Of a stretch of 64,000 nt of DNA, positions 1 through 12,201 are shown piece after piece; position 1 is the first letter of the stretch, and each line of letters opens with the position of its first letter. Source of the DNA: Squalus acanthias (Eukaryota); assembly GCA_030390025.1 (NCBI GenBank), contig CM059431.1, positions 107,076,001 to 107,140,000 on the forward strand, read 5' to 3'. A program made the translations under genes and the position numbers. The notes beneath the pieces are model-generated. The model ran no database searches. It saw only the letters and a program-made list of their open reading frames with translations, and was not told where the DNA came from.

Positions 1-290
1 AATTGATCTAGAATCAATTGCCGTTTGCGGAAGAGAGTTCCAAACTTCTACCACCCTTTGTGTGTAGAAGTGTTTCCTAATTTCACTCCTGAAAGATCTG
101 GCTCTAATTTTTAGACTATGCCCCCGTCCTAGGCTCCGCAACCAGCGGAAATAGTTTCTCTCTATCTACCCTATCTGTTCCACTTCGTATCTTGAAAACT
201 TCGATTAAAATCGCCCCTTAACCTTCTGAATTCCAGGGAATACAACCCTAGTTTGTGCAATCTCTCCTCGTAACTTAATCCCTGGAGTCT
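1..290 (-). mobile_element. CR1 (HER1-type) LINE 3' fragment
   Basis: Minus ORF contains the CR1 ORF2 C-terminal motif LSYEERLHKLGLYSLEFRRLRGD. Confidence 0.9.
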
Positions 291-665
291 ACACTTCATG
301 CCACGTGTGTGTGGCTTTACAGTTAGTGGAGACGTATGCTGCGTCGCCTTCTGTTCATTCAGTAGCCAGTTTAGCACCGTTGGATTGTCTGCAGACTTTC
401 TGAAGCAAAGGGGTGTGGCTTTCACTCTCTTCCCACGACATGTTAATATATACAATTGGAGACCCCGGTATCGCAAGCAAGGAGCAGTTGCATGCTTGTT
501 CCATGTGATGCCATAATCTTCACTTGCATTTAGTCATTAAAATGAAATACGATTCAACTGAATATAACAAAGATGTAGAGTACTTCTTTAAGATTTATAT
601 TTCCAGAGGGAAATAATAAGAGTCCCATTTTTTTGTTTTGTCACTGCCGCTCCTGCTGCACAAGG

Positions 666-770
666 TAAAAGAAAGAAAGAGCTTACATTTATATAGTGCC
701 TTTCATGACCTCGGGATGTCCCAAAGCGCTTTACAGCCAGTGATGCACTTTTGAAGTGTAGTCACTATTC
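666..770 (-). mobile_element. Deu-SINE 3' tail fragment
   Basis: (GAAA)n then cttacatttatatagtgcctttcatgac...cccaaagcgctttacagcca, matching the tail of the full copy at 24745-25210. Confidence 0.8.
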
Positions 771-2242
771 TGAAAGGACAGGAAATCTTGCATTATGAAG
801 ATGCATTTTCAGATTTCGTGTGGCTGAGGCAGGAATATGTAGCACTGGCAGATTTTACAAGGAACTAATAAACTAAAAGATGAAATGGCCATGGGCACAG
901 TTGAATGCCTGGATTTGAAGGTAAGGAAGTAAAAGAGAACTCATTGGAATGCATTTAATCGCACAAGCCTCTGTTTAACTGAAGATGTGATATTATATAG
1001 TCATAACATTTTGATCAATAATTCGAGAGCATTTCAAATCTCTCTGTTTATGACAGCAAACTCTCATATTAACATTCATATATTAGAGCACTAAACCCTT
1101 GCTCTTCACATTAGACAGAGGCTTTCCAATAAAGACACATGTCTGAAACAAAATTGTAGAATTTAATAACACTGCACTTTAAAGGATATTTACGCATGAG
1201 TCACTGAAATATATCTGAGTAACATAATGTAGAAGAAAATTAAATTACATGCTGTACCACCGATGAATTCTATTCAATAAAATAATAAAAATTTCCTAGC
1301 AATACGCCCGATAGTTTTTATTTCAATGCAAGGAAGTGATTAAATGGTGGCCAGTAGAGATACCTAATATGATTCTACAAGCAAATATTTGTTAAGGGAC
1401 GCATAAACAAAGGCACTTGGCATTGCAATAATGAGGACCGAAGCATATTAGCAATGACAGCACGTTTGAGCTGTGCAAGCAAAGTGATGCAAGGGAAAAC
1501 CATGAGTATTAAAACAATGTCATTATTAGCACATTTGATGGCAAGCTAATGGTTCCATTTCCATGCTGACCGATTGCATGCACAAGCAGAGAACAAATAA
1601 CACTCTTGCTGGCACTAACTCGTATTTACTTTTGAACACACTGTACCCTGGACACTTAACTTGCATAGGTTTTGTGTTGTAATGTTTTCATTTTATTTTC
1701 GCTTCAGCCAATAATACGCCTCGCAGGAATGTTGCTTTCTGCAAATATAATCAACACGATGGTGTAGTTAACTGTATTTTAGAAGAATGATCAATTGATT
1801 ATCACTATTTATCAGTCAGAAGTTCATTCAAAAATCTTAGACATTGTTCAAAAGTTAGTGTTGTACTGGCATTCTCCAAAACCATTGCTGACGATTTGGT
1901 GAAAATTTTAACATATATTTTAAATAACCTCGGTTTTGCAAACTGAAACCGCCCGACATGGTGAAGCGATTGAATGGAAGATCGTTACTAAAACGAACAT
2001 TTTCTATTGTGAAACCAAGTAGAAAGGCCCAGACCCACAGTGCAGAAGACCAGAAGGTCCAAACGAAGAGTAAAGCAGAAGAGGAGGGAAATCAGAAAAT
2101 AGTGATTGGATGATACCAAGCTTGTGCGTTAGAGCATTTGAATGAAGATAAAACAAAATAAACATGATAATTCTCTGTACTTCAGCTTAATGTGCTGAAG
2201 AAATTGACTAGTACAGCAGTTTAAGCATTTCAATCATTGGCA

Positions 2243-2610
2243 GAAAAGAAAGAAAGAAAGTATTTGCCTTTATAGTGCCTGGGACGACCTCACCAAACCA
2301 CATTACAGCCAATTTGCGCACAGCAAGTTCCCACAAACAGCAATATGATAATGGCCAGATAATCCATTTTAGGTGTTGGTTCAGGGATTAATATTGGCCA
2401 GGACACCGGGGAGAACTCCCCTGCTTATCTTAGTAATAATGCTATGGGATCTTTTACATCCAAAAGACAGCATCTCTGACAGTACAGCACTCCCTCAGTA
2501 CTGCACTGGAGTGTCAGCCTAGATTTTCTGCTCAAGTCTCTGGTGGGAGCTAAACCCACGAGCTTCTGATTCAGAGGTGAAGGGGCTACCCACTGCACCA
2601 CTGGCTGACA
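2243..2610 (-). mobile_element. tRNA-headed Deu-SINE (SacSINE1/AmnSINE1-like)
   Basis: Reverse complement has a tRNA-like head, the Deu-type core gctgacactccagtgcagtactgagggagtgctg, and a (TTTC)n tail. Confidence 0.85.
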
Positions 2611-2634
2611 ACTGTGTAGAATTGTGGTACATAC

Positions 2635-4394
2635 ATTCCTTCCCCTAGCCCACGGTGCAAAATTTCCTCTAAGGTTCCCCCCTGCCCTAGCCCTGAACTC
2701 ACATCTTTCTCTAGTTTCTCTCTGATCTCCCCTCATGACCTCTCCATGCTCACCTTGTCCATGAGACCCACTTCCTGCTCCCTCAACCCAATTCCCACCA
2801 AACTGCTGACCAACCAACTTCCTTTTATGGCTCCCATGTTAGCTGACATTGTTAATGGTTCTCTCTCCTCAGGTACTGTACCCTCTCCCTAAAATCTGCC
2901 GTCATCACCCCCTCCTCAAAAAACCAACCCTTGACCCCTCTGTTCTTGCAAACTACCGCCCCATCTCCAACCTCCCTTTCCTCTCCAAAGTCCTTGAATG
3001 TGTTGTCGCCTCCCAAATCCGTGCCCATCTTTCCCGCAATTCCATGTTTGAATCCTTCCAATCAGGTTTCCACCCTTGCCACAGTACCAAAATGGCTCTC
3101 ATCAAAATCACAAATTACATCCTTTGTGACTGTGACAAAGGTAAACTATCCCTCCTCGTCCTTCTTGACTTGGCTGCAGCCTTTGACAAGATTGACCACT
3201 CCATCCTTCTCCAACGTCTCTCCACCATCGTGCAGCTGGGTGGAACTGCACTCGCCTGGTTCCATTCTTATCTATCTAATCGTAGCCAGAGAGTCACCTG
3301 CAACGGCTTCTCTTCCCGCTCCCGTATCGTTACCTCTGGTGTCCCCCAAGGATCTATCCTTGGCACCTCCTATTTCTCATCTACATGTTGCCCCTTGGTG
3401 ACATCATCCGAAAACACAGCGTCAGTTTCCACATGTACGCTGACGACACCCAGCTCTACCTCACTACCTCTTCTCTCAACCCCTCCACGGTCTCTAAATT
3501 GTCTGACTGCTTGTCCGACATCCAGTTCTGGATGAGCTGAAATTTTCTCCAATTAAATATTGGGAAGACCGAAGCCATTGTTTTCAGTCCCCGCCACAAA
3601 CTCTAGCCATTGACTCCATCCCTCTCCCTAACATCTGTCTGAGGCTGAACCACACTGTTTGCAACCTTGGCGTCATATTTGACCCTGAAATGAGCTTCCG
3701 ACCATGTAACCGCAGCATAACTAAGACCGCCTATTTCCACCTCCGTAACATCGCCCGTCTCCGCACCTGCCTCAGCTCATCTGCTGCTGAAACCCTCATC
3801 CATGTCTTTGTTACCTCTAGACTTGACTATTCTAATGCACTCCTGGCTGGCCTCCCACATTCTATCCTACGTAAACTTGAGGTCATCCAAAACTCTGTTG
3901 CCCGTGTCCTAACTCGCACCAAGTCCCGTTCGCCCATCACCCCTGTGCTCACTGACCTACATTGGCTCCCGGTTAAGCAACGCCTCGATTTCAAAATTCT
4001 CATCCTTGTTTTCAAATCCCTCCATGGCCTCGCCTCTCCCTATCTCTGTAATCTCCTTCAGCCCCACAACCCCACCGAGATATCTGCGCTCCTCTAATTC
4101 TGCCTTGAGCATCCCTGATTATAATCGCTCAACCATTGTTGGCCGTGCCTTCTGTTACCTGGGCCCTAAGCTCTGGAATTCCCTGCCTAAACCTCTCCGC
4201 CTCGCTACCTCTCTTTCCTCCTTTAAGACACTCCTTAAAACCTACCTCTTTGACCAAGCTTTTAGTCACCTGCCCTAATTTCTCCTTATGTGGCTCGGTG
4301 TCAAATTTTTTGTCTTTTAATACTCCTGTGAAGCGCCCTGGACGTTTTACTACGTTAAAGGCGTTTTATAAATACAAGTTGTTGTTGTTGTTGT
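2635..4394 (+). mobile_element. L2 LINE, 5'-truncated, frameshifted RT
   Basis: KKPTLDP..LANYRPISNLPFLSKVLE, LLDLAAAFD, GVPQGSILG, YADDTQLY (about 3436-3459), LHWLPV; 3' tail ataaatacaag(ttg)n. Confidence 0.95.
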
Positions 4395-4605
4395 CTTATG
4401 GATACCAGTTTAAATGAAAGAGTGATTTTTTTTTTCATTGTAGAGTGTCACTACTTTGCACATTTATCGTCTTCCAGTCCTGTGGCCATGATATCCCACA
4501 CCAAAACATGCATCATTTCCTAACAGAGAAGTTGGGCAGACAAGCTGCTTCTATGGGATGTCTGGCACTGCTCTGAAATAGCTGCTGTGAGTTGTACAAG
4601 ACTAG

Positions 4606-4784
4606 GGCTTAGACATTCCTCTCGGGCGGTGGGGCAAAGGGGCAGCATCGGATCGGCTGCCCGCTATACGCAGCATCTGATATTCAGTTCCATCAATAGA
4701 AGGGAATATCAGGCGCTGCATATGACGGGCGGCCGATCCAATGCTGCCTGTTTCGTGCCACCGCTCGAGACGAATTTCTAGGCC
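4606..4784. mobile_element. Fully palindromic 179-bp MITE (Harbinger-type termini)
   Basis: Left ggcttagacattcctctcgggcggtgg versus reverse-complemented right ggcctagaaattcgtctcgagcggtgg, with pairing continuing to the centre; flanks TAG/AAG. Confidence 0.8.
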
Positions 4785-5171
4785 AAGGTTTGTTAACATT
4801 ACCATCTCTAGAGGAACCCGCCATTATCCTAATAAATGGGGGCTCCTCTAGTGGATGATCAAAATTGGCAGAGACTTGAGAGATCGCAAATTTTGCCTGT
4901 GTGGTATAGGAATGAAGGTGAGGACAGTACAAAGAACAAAAGAAACATAGGTTTCCTCTGTGCAGCTACTGTGGCAAAATCGTACACACACCTATACAAA
5001 AACACGTTTAGGATTTTGTTATACCGAGAGGAAATCATTTCCCACTTTGTAGCTTTAGTCACCGAGAAAAGATGAATTACCAATAACAAAATAAGCTGTG
5101 CAATGAGGCAGCTTTGTATACAAGGCTCTGTCCTTTGCAATGCCGAGTGGATATTTGTGTTGGTGGGTAAT

Positions 5172-5295
5172 TGTCATATATTATCACATGGTTTAGTATG
5201 AGCATGCTCAGTTCACTCTGGCCTACTAAACAAGCACATGGACGAGCAACTCATCGTGTCTCTGTCCTTCATTTGTTCTACCCACATATTTTACA
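5172..5295 (+). repeat. 5' LTR
   Basis: tgtcatatattatcacatggttt...ctacccacatattttaca, repeated at 8622-8859. Confidence 0.9.
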
Positions 5296-5299
5296 TTTT

Positions 5300-5318
5300 T
5301 GGCGACGAGGATAGGATT
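5300..5318 (+). promoter_or_regulatory. Primer-binding site, tRNA-Ser-like
   Basis: tggcgacgaggataggatt 4 bp after the LTR; complementary, from recalled sequence, to the 3' end of vertebrate tRNA-Ser(GCU) with one mismatch. Confidence 0.75.
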
Positions 5319-5541
5319 CCAAAGCCATTTTTAGGGATCATGGAAGGACATAGTTTTCAACCTTCGAGTGGAAAAGTTTAAGGTGAATTTGTGACAGCTA
5401 ACCTGAATTTTACTGTTAATGCTGATGCAGAATTGTCTGTGCTTTGCCTTCACGTGTATGTATACACAGCAACAGCAGCGTTGATTCTCACAGGTACACA
5501 GGTAGCGTGCTGAGTCACTGTTCGACGGGATCGGGACAATC

Positions 5542-6330
5542 ATGGCTGCACCTACAGGATTCATCGGAAGCCTCGGCATGTATGACCGAGCTCGTGAACC
5601 ATTCAGTTCTTACATTGAGCGGATGGAGATGTTTGTTAAGGCCAAGAACATTATTGAGACCGAAGGTGCAGATGAGAATGTTCAAGCTCAAAATAAAGTA
5701 ATTCGTGAACGTAAAAAATCAATTTTTCTAATGGAGATCGGGCCAGATGTCTATGGAACGTTGATAAACCTACTCGCGCCAGGGAAAGCGAAGGATGTGT
5801 CGTTTGAAGACATTGTCAAGAAACTTGAGGACCATTTCAACCCAAAGCCATTAGAAATAGCAGAGAGCTATAAGTTTGGTACCAGAAACCAAAAACACAG
5901 TGAAACCATCAGTGAGTACATTGTAGCTCTTAAGAACCTGTCTTTGCATTGTAACTTCAGCACATTTTTGGATCGTGCGTTGTGAGATAAGTTTGTGTGT
6001 AGACTGGTGGATGAGCGCACACAGTCCAAGTTACTTAACACTCTGAACCTAATGTTTAACATAGCATGCAAAATTGCCCTATCTATAGAAATGGCGTCTA
6101 AGAATGCGAGGGAGCTCTGTCCATCTCAAGTGACCAGTGCAGCTGAGGTCTACAGTCACATAAAGTTGTGAGACCGAGTCAAAAGCATGTCCGTGAGAGC
6201 AGTTCAGTGACTTGATATCGCTGCAATGGAAATCACTCACCACAGTCCTGCCAATACAGAAATGCAAAGTGTTTCACTGCCAGAAGCAAGCCCATATTTC
6301 AACAGCTTGCAGAGTGAGATCTAAAGCAGG
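5542..6330 (+). pseudogene. Gypsy gag with two CCHC knuckles (stops and frameshifts)
   Basis: MAAPTGFIGSL..YIERMEMF..LEDHFNPKPLEIAESYKF..RNQ..ETISEY; YRCNGNHSPQSC and CFHCQKQAHISTAC at about 6215-6312. Confidence 0.88.
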
Positions 6331-6459
6331 AAGTAAGAACCATTCTAGTGGCAATGCAAAGCAGCGACAACAAAAGGGAAGAATTTACAATATTGAAGTG
6401 AACACACCTGATGTCGAAGAACTAGGCATCTACAGTATCTATGCCACTAGCGGCAATGC

Positions 6460-8130
6460 TAGCAGTCATGAGAAAGGCTTTCGTACAAAACTTTTGAACA
6501 ATGACCAAAATAGTGATATGTGTATCAACACAGCAGCAAACTGCTCTATCATGAGTAAGGACACATATGAGAATAAGTTTAATCAAATACCACTTACAAA
6601 GAGTACCGTGGAGTTAAAAACCTACTCCGGAGAAATCCTAGAGATATGTGAACAAATGGAATGTACAGTTGAGCACAATGGCCAGTCAGTAAAGCTGCCT
6701 AATATTGTAGCGAGCTACAACAAATGGCCGCAGCAAGAATGCAACGTTGGGCAGTGTTGTTGTTACAATATGACTATACAATTAAATATCACACTTCAAA
6801 AGCAAAACGCAATCTCAGATGCCTTGTCCAAGTTGCCACATGAAAACGCGTGTTGGGAGTGAAGGTGAGATTTTCACATTAGGTGCAGTTGACAAAGACT
6901 TTCCCATGAATGCAATTGAGATTGCAAATGAAATTCAAAAGGACTCTACTGAAAAGAGTGTATGAAAACACCTTGAATGGATGGACTGATCAGTGTCTGG
7001 ACACAGAGTTGAAACCATTCTATAACCGTCGTACTGAATTGTTTTGTGAGCAAGGTTGTATCAAGTGGGAAAACAGAGTGGTGGTACCTACTTGTTTGAG
7101 AGATAGAATTCTAACTGAACTTCATACTGAACATCCAGGGATCGTCAGTAGGAAATCAATAGCAAGAAGCTTTGTTTAGTGGCCTGGATTGGACAGTGAT
7201 CTTGAATCACTTGTCAGCAAATGCAGCGTTTGCCAAAATTGCAGAAACAAACCACCCAAAACTCCACTACAACCCTGGTCATGGCCAAGTAGACCTTTTC
7301 AGAGAGTACATGTAGACTTCTGTGAGAAAGCAAATGATTATTTCCTGGTACTTGTAGATAGTCAATCAAAGTGGATTGAAGTGAAACACATGGGTTCAAA
7401 TACTACAACTGAACGTACCATAGATGAGTTGAGGTCTATCTTCGCATGTCATGGCTTACCTGAAGAGCTTGTTTCTGACAATGGGCCTCAGTTCCGTTGT
7501 GCTCTATTCCAAGAGTTAATGAAATGGAACCTCAAACACACTCTAGTTCCACCATATTATCCAGTTTCAAACAGAGCAGCCGAAAGTTCAATCAGAATAG
7601 TGAAAGAAGCTCTCAAAAAGCAAGTGTTGCAGGGTTGTTCGGGTCTCAGCATGAAGCAACGTTTGGCAAATTTCATGCTGAAGTACAGAACTACTCCGTA
7701 CACTACAACTGGACATACCCCAGCAGAACTCTTGATGAAGAGGAGATTGAGAACTCGATTGAGTCTTGTTCAACCAATTTGGCCTCAAGAGTTGAACAGA
7801 AACAGTTGAGTCAGAAACGTTATTATGACAGCAATCAGAAAGAACACAGTTTCAGACAAAATGAGCATGTTCATGTTCTCAGTCTCCCTGCCAAGTCGAG
7901 TTCACACAAGTGGGATATAGGAACCATAGTTGAGGTTGGTGGAACCAGGAGATATTTGATTGAAATTGGTGACAACATCCGAAGTGTTCATGTACATCAA
8001 ATGATCTCTGCTAGAGATGAACCAAGATGTGATCTTGAACCACTTGATCATGAACTCATACACGAGTTTGACTCGATTCAGACTTCAGAAACTGAAGTAC
8101 CAGGTTCAAACAAATCTGAGATAGAAACAG
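6460..8130 (+). pseudogene. Gypsy pol remnant: protease, RNase H tail, integrase; RT absent
   Basis: INTAANCSIM (decayed DTGA), LKTYSGE; AAARMQRWAVLLLQYDY..DALSKLP; LHTEHPGI..CSVC; FQRVHVDF, LVSDNGPQF. Confidence 0.88.
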
Positions 8131-8560
8131 GGGGCCGGATTTTCCGATCGGAGGCTTCCTGTGTGCGGATGCCTCTGATCGGGAAAAATCTACGCACTTA
8201 CCTGCTAGCTCCGTAGGTCCCGAGACTTCCTATCCTGGTCCTCTCCTGGTCCACGCGCTTAGGCCCAGGTATCCCAGGGGCGCAGGCAGTTTGCAAGCGT
8301 CCCTGGGATCACGTGGGCCATGGGGAACCAATCAAAGAAGGCAATCCCCCTTCACACTTTTGACAGGTCTCTACGCACAGATCTGACAAAAGAATGAATG
8401 AGGATCACTTAAAAAACACAGTTAAACATTAAATATATTTTTTTAAATCACATAGTTAAAATTAGTTTAAATTACATTAAATTAAATATTTTAAACAAAA
8501 ATTAAATAAAAAAAAAATAATAATTAAAGTTTTTTACGGGCTAAAAATAAACTTACTTAT
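8131..8560. mobile_element. Truncated Harbinger-type MITE inserted in the Gypsy 3' region
   Basis: Begins ggggccggattttcc; body matches the left part of the 8893-10531 element; right TIR missing. Confidence 0.75.
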
Positions 8561-8621
8561 TTGAGGTTGTATTTGAGAGGGTGAGAGGGGAATATGTACA
8601 TTTTTTATAAGGGGAAAGCAG

Positions 8622-8859
8622 TGTAATGTATTATCACATGGTTTGTCACATTGTATCTCCATGGTTTAGCATGAGCATGCTCAGTTCGCTCTGGCCTAGT
8701 AAACAAGCACATGTCCAAAACTGAGGTTTTTACCTCAAATCACTTCACTTAGGTTCCATCATCCCAAATTTGTATAAAAATCCAAAAATCACCCCTTTTA
8801 GGGTTCTATACGAGTTTCTTGGGAATTTTGCGAAGCTTACACTACCCACATATATTACA
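8622..8859 (+). repeat. 3' LTR with replaced internal segment
   Basis: Matches the 5' LTR at both ends; about 8713-8841 is unrelated to the 5' LTR. Confidence 0.85.
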
Positions 8860-8892
8860 GTAATAAAAGTGTGGCTAATGGAAAATTACATT

Positions 8893-10531
8893 GGCCCAAC
8901 AATTGCGTTCGGAGGTTCCTCGCGGGCGGATGCCTTCGGCCTGTAAAATATACATGCATTTACCTGGTGGCCCGGGAGATATGGAGACTCGCGATCCTGG
9001 GCCTCTCTCCGGGTCCGCACGGGCAGAGGCCCACGTATCCCAGGGCGCATGTGGTTCGCAAGCGCCCCTGGGATCATGTGGGTTGGCCCAACCAATAAAA
9101 GAAGGGAATCCCCATTCATACTTATGGGAGTTCCGTACAAACTGAATCCCCGTAAGTATGAATGGGGATCACTTAAAAAATACACAAACACATGAATTTT
9201 TATTTTTTAATTACATATTTAAAATTAATTAAAATGCCATTTAATTAAATATTTTAAACAAAAAATTTAAATTTTTGAAAAAAAAATACTGGGGGAACAT
9301 TTATCGGCCAGGCGCAAAGATTAGCGCCTGGTGCTAATTATCGCCTCCGACTGCAAACTTGACTTTTATCGCCCCTGGAGGTGATTGGAGCGCTAAATCA
9401 GGCGCTACACATCTGTCTTAAGGCACAAAGGCCGAGGAGCGAGGCGCTACCTCAGAGCGCTGGCGAAGCTCATGTGATGTCAGTCAGCAATGGAACACAA
9501 ACACAATGGCGTCGGCCAGTTCTTAAAGGGGAGGGTTGATCATGCTTTCCATCCACATCCTGCTCATTGCAGCCTTGAATCTTGGCCTGGAGAGACCTGT
9601 ACATCAACTCTGCTGGAAAGATCAATGGAGAGAACCAGGGAAAGAGATCAGAGTGCAGTCCCCACAGTCTCTTCTAAATCGATACAAGGAAGGGCAAATC
9701 AAAATGAACCTGAAAAGTGCTGCTCAGTACCCAAAACTCCTTCACACAGCGTTGAATCTCTCCAGAAGTCTCTGTCTCTCTCTCTCAGAATGCGTGGTTC
9801 AAAAATATCACCAACAAAAAAAGGCAGGAAGCGGTCGCCTTTAAATAGCGCTCCCCCAGTCCCTTCCTGACTGCAAAACGCTCCCCTCAACCTGTCGTTG
9901 CTAGCGGCAGGCGGTAAGGCAGGGGTCGCCACTCAATATCTGCATCCTGGGCGCTACCGGGGCGTTGCGCACTTGACTGACGTCACGATCTGCCGGCGCC
10001 GGCTATCGTGGCGGTAGTGTTTAGCGCCGCCGCAAAATGTCTCGTTAATTTCACGAGCGGCGCAAACATCACCGCGCCCGGGCGCTAGTTGCTTTGCGCC
10101 CCATTAGCGCCCTCTTAAGGCGCTAACAGGAGGCGCAACCAACTGAATTTTTCCCCCTATATGTTTTAACGGGGCTAAAAATAAACGTACCATATTGGAC
10201 AGGGTTTTTAATGGATAAATGAGTGATAACATTTTATTTTTCTATTTTTTAAAACGCTTATGCTGGTAAAAGCGGACCTTACGCCGGCTTTTACCAGGCG
10301 TAAGACTTTCACAGGCATTCAGCGGGCGGAAGTTGGGGCAAATAGCGCAACTCTCCACCCACAGAGGCCCGTCTCCCAGGGATGTGGAGGATCTGTCAAG
10401 AGGGCTCTTGACAGATCGCAAGTGCCGGGTTTCAGCGTGTGCGCGTCACATGCCTAAACCCGGAACTTGCACGGCCCCTACGGGTGCGTACGCACCTTGT
10501 GCGCACCCATGGGGGTCTCAAAGTACGGCCC
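8893..10531. mobile_element. Harbinger-type MITE carrying a nested MITE
   Basis: ATT|ggcccaacaattg...caaagtacggccc|ATT (3-bp TSD); AT-rich core shared with 8131 and, inverted, with 12202 and 52640. Confidence 0.8.
9291..10157. mobile_element. GGCGC-rich MITE nested in the 8893 element
   Basis: TIRs gggggaacattt / aatttttccccc; same family as 40780-41468 and 50854-51380. Confidence 0.8.
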
Positions 10532-10576
10532 ATTGTAAATTTTCACCTATTTTTAATGAGATCAGCCTGCATCTGC

Positions 10577-10787
10577 ATAGAATTACCTAGAATTTACAGC
10601 AAAGAAACTGGCCATTCGGCCCAACTGGACTATGCAGGTGTATATGTTCCACATGAGCCTCCTCCCACCCTATCAGCATAACTTCTATTCCTTTCTCCCT
10701 CATGTACTTATCCAGCTTCCCCTTAAATGCATCTATGATATTCGCCTCAACCACTCCCTGTGGTAGTGAGTTCCACATTCTGATCAC
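10577..10787 (-). mobile_element. CR1 3' end
   Basis: RMWNSLPQGVVEA..DAFKGKLDKYM plus 3' UTR. Confidence 0.88.
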
Positions 10788-11744
10788 TACGTAGCACCTC
10801 TTTAGATATCTACAGCTGGGGCTAAGAAACATCACTTGGGGAAGCACAGATGAGAACTACTGTCCCATTCCTATTTGGAACAGGTATCAATGACCCAATC
10901 TTTAGTTTCTAACACAAAAAAAATGTAGCTCTTATTTTTTTCAAAGTTTAAATTATATACAGCAAGGAATTGGACTTTGTGGAACAGGACCAGTTGGGTT
11001 TTACGGTATATTGTTCAATGATTGGAAAAAGCAATGATTATACTACCTAAAATGTGCCTCAGTGTCAAGTGCGCTGGCACCATTGTCAGGATAGAAACAT
11101 GTTGAAGCTGATGAGATTCCACTTTCCAATCATTTCAGCGGTAATTGGATCTTCTAAACATTACCCTTGTGGTTCTTTGTAACATCTCTGATTTTCACTC
11201 TATAAAGTCTCAAATGTCTTTACAGCAAATAAACAGGAGGCATAGCAACTGCCAACCATGCCTGAATTTTAAATCAGGGTGGCCCATTTCCTACCCAAAA
11301 TGAATGGTCATAGTGGTCTTGTGAGTCACAATACAGGGATATTAAAGACGACATAAATCAAAATGCATTCGGGGTATGGGCATCAGATGGGGAGTCAGAA
11401 AAAATATTTAATGACTACAAAACGACAGCAAGGTTATAAATAGGAAAACATTTCTTGCAGCATGTTGCCATTATTGGTATTCACAGGAAGTCCGCTTAAA
11501 TGTGGCAGTAAGTTACAGAATTCATACAAAGGGACTTAAGTGAAAGAGACAACTAAGGAAACATTAAAATCAAACTATTGCGCTTTTATGTTCCAGCAAC
11601 AGTTTTAAGAATAGCAATTTATAATTCCTTGCCATTTCAGCAATTATGTTGTCTTGCAGGCTCTACAGGGTATATGATGGATAGCTTAGGACCTTTAAAC
11701 AAATGGATGTAATAGTCAAGGAATATTGGCTTTACAGAATTTGT

Positions 11745-12198
11745 ATAGTACCTATTCCTGTCCATAAGATGTCCCAAAGTGCTTCATCGCCAATGAATTA
11801 CTTTAAAAAAAATTTAGTCACTATTGTTATGTAGGTAAATGTAGTGGCCAATTTTGCGCACAGCAAGGGTCCCACAAAGAGAAAATGAGATGAATCAGCA
11901 GCTGAACTGTGTTTTGTTGGTTGAAAGAGCAATATTAGCCAGCATACCAGGAGAACTCAATGCTCTTCTTTGAATAATGCCATGGGATCGATTACATCCA
12001 ACCACAGGCAGAAGTCTGGGTGGATGTTAAATGTTGTTTAACGTCTAAACCGAAAGACAGCACCTCTGACAATGCAGCATGCCTTCAGCAGTGCATTGAA
12101 GTGTTCACCTAAATTATATGCTTAAATCCTAGAGTGGGCTTCAACCCATAATCTTCTAACTCGGGTTACGAGTTCGACAAACTTAGCCATGCCAACAT
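11745..12198 (-). mobile_element. Diverged Deu-SINE
   Basis: gtcccaaagtgctt, gcgcacagcaagg, gccatgggatc and tRNA-head remnants align with other copies. Confidence 0.75.
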
Positions 12199-12201
12199 AA
12201 T

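Larger units (their letters stand above)
5172..8859 (+). mobile_element. Gypsy/Ty3 LTR retrotransposon (Mag/K02A2.6-like), internally deleted
   Basis: TG..CA LTRs at 5172-5295 and 8622-8859; 5-bp TSD GTAAT (5167-5171, 8860-8864); PBS tggcgacgaggat; PPT aaggggaaag (8609-8618); gag, protease and integrase remnants. Confidence 0.93.

Noticed and set aside
813..920. ttttcag...AAG/gtaagg exon-like segment on plus
   Set aside because: Stops in all three frames and no partner exon; splice-like motifs alone are weak evidence.
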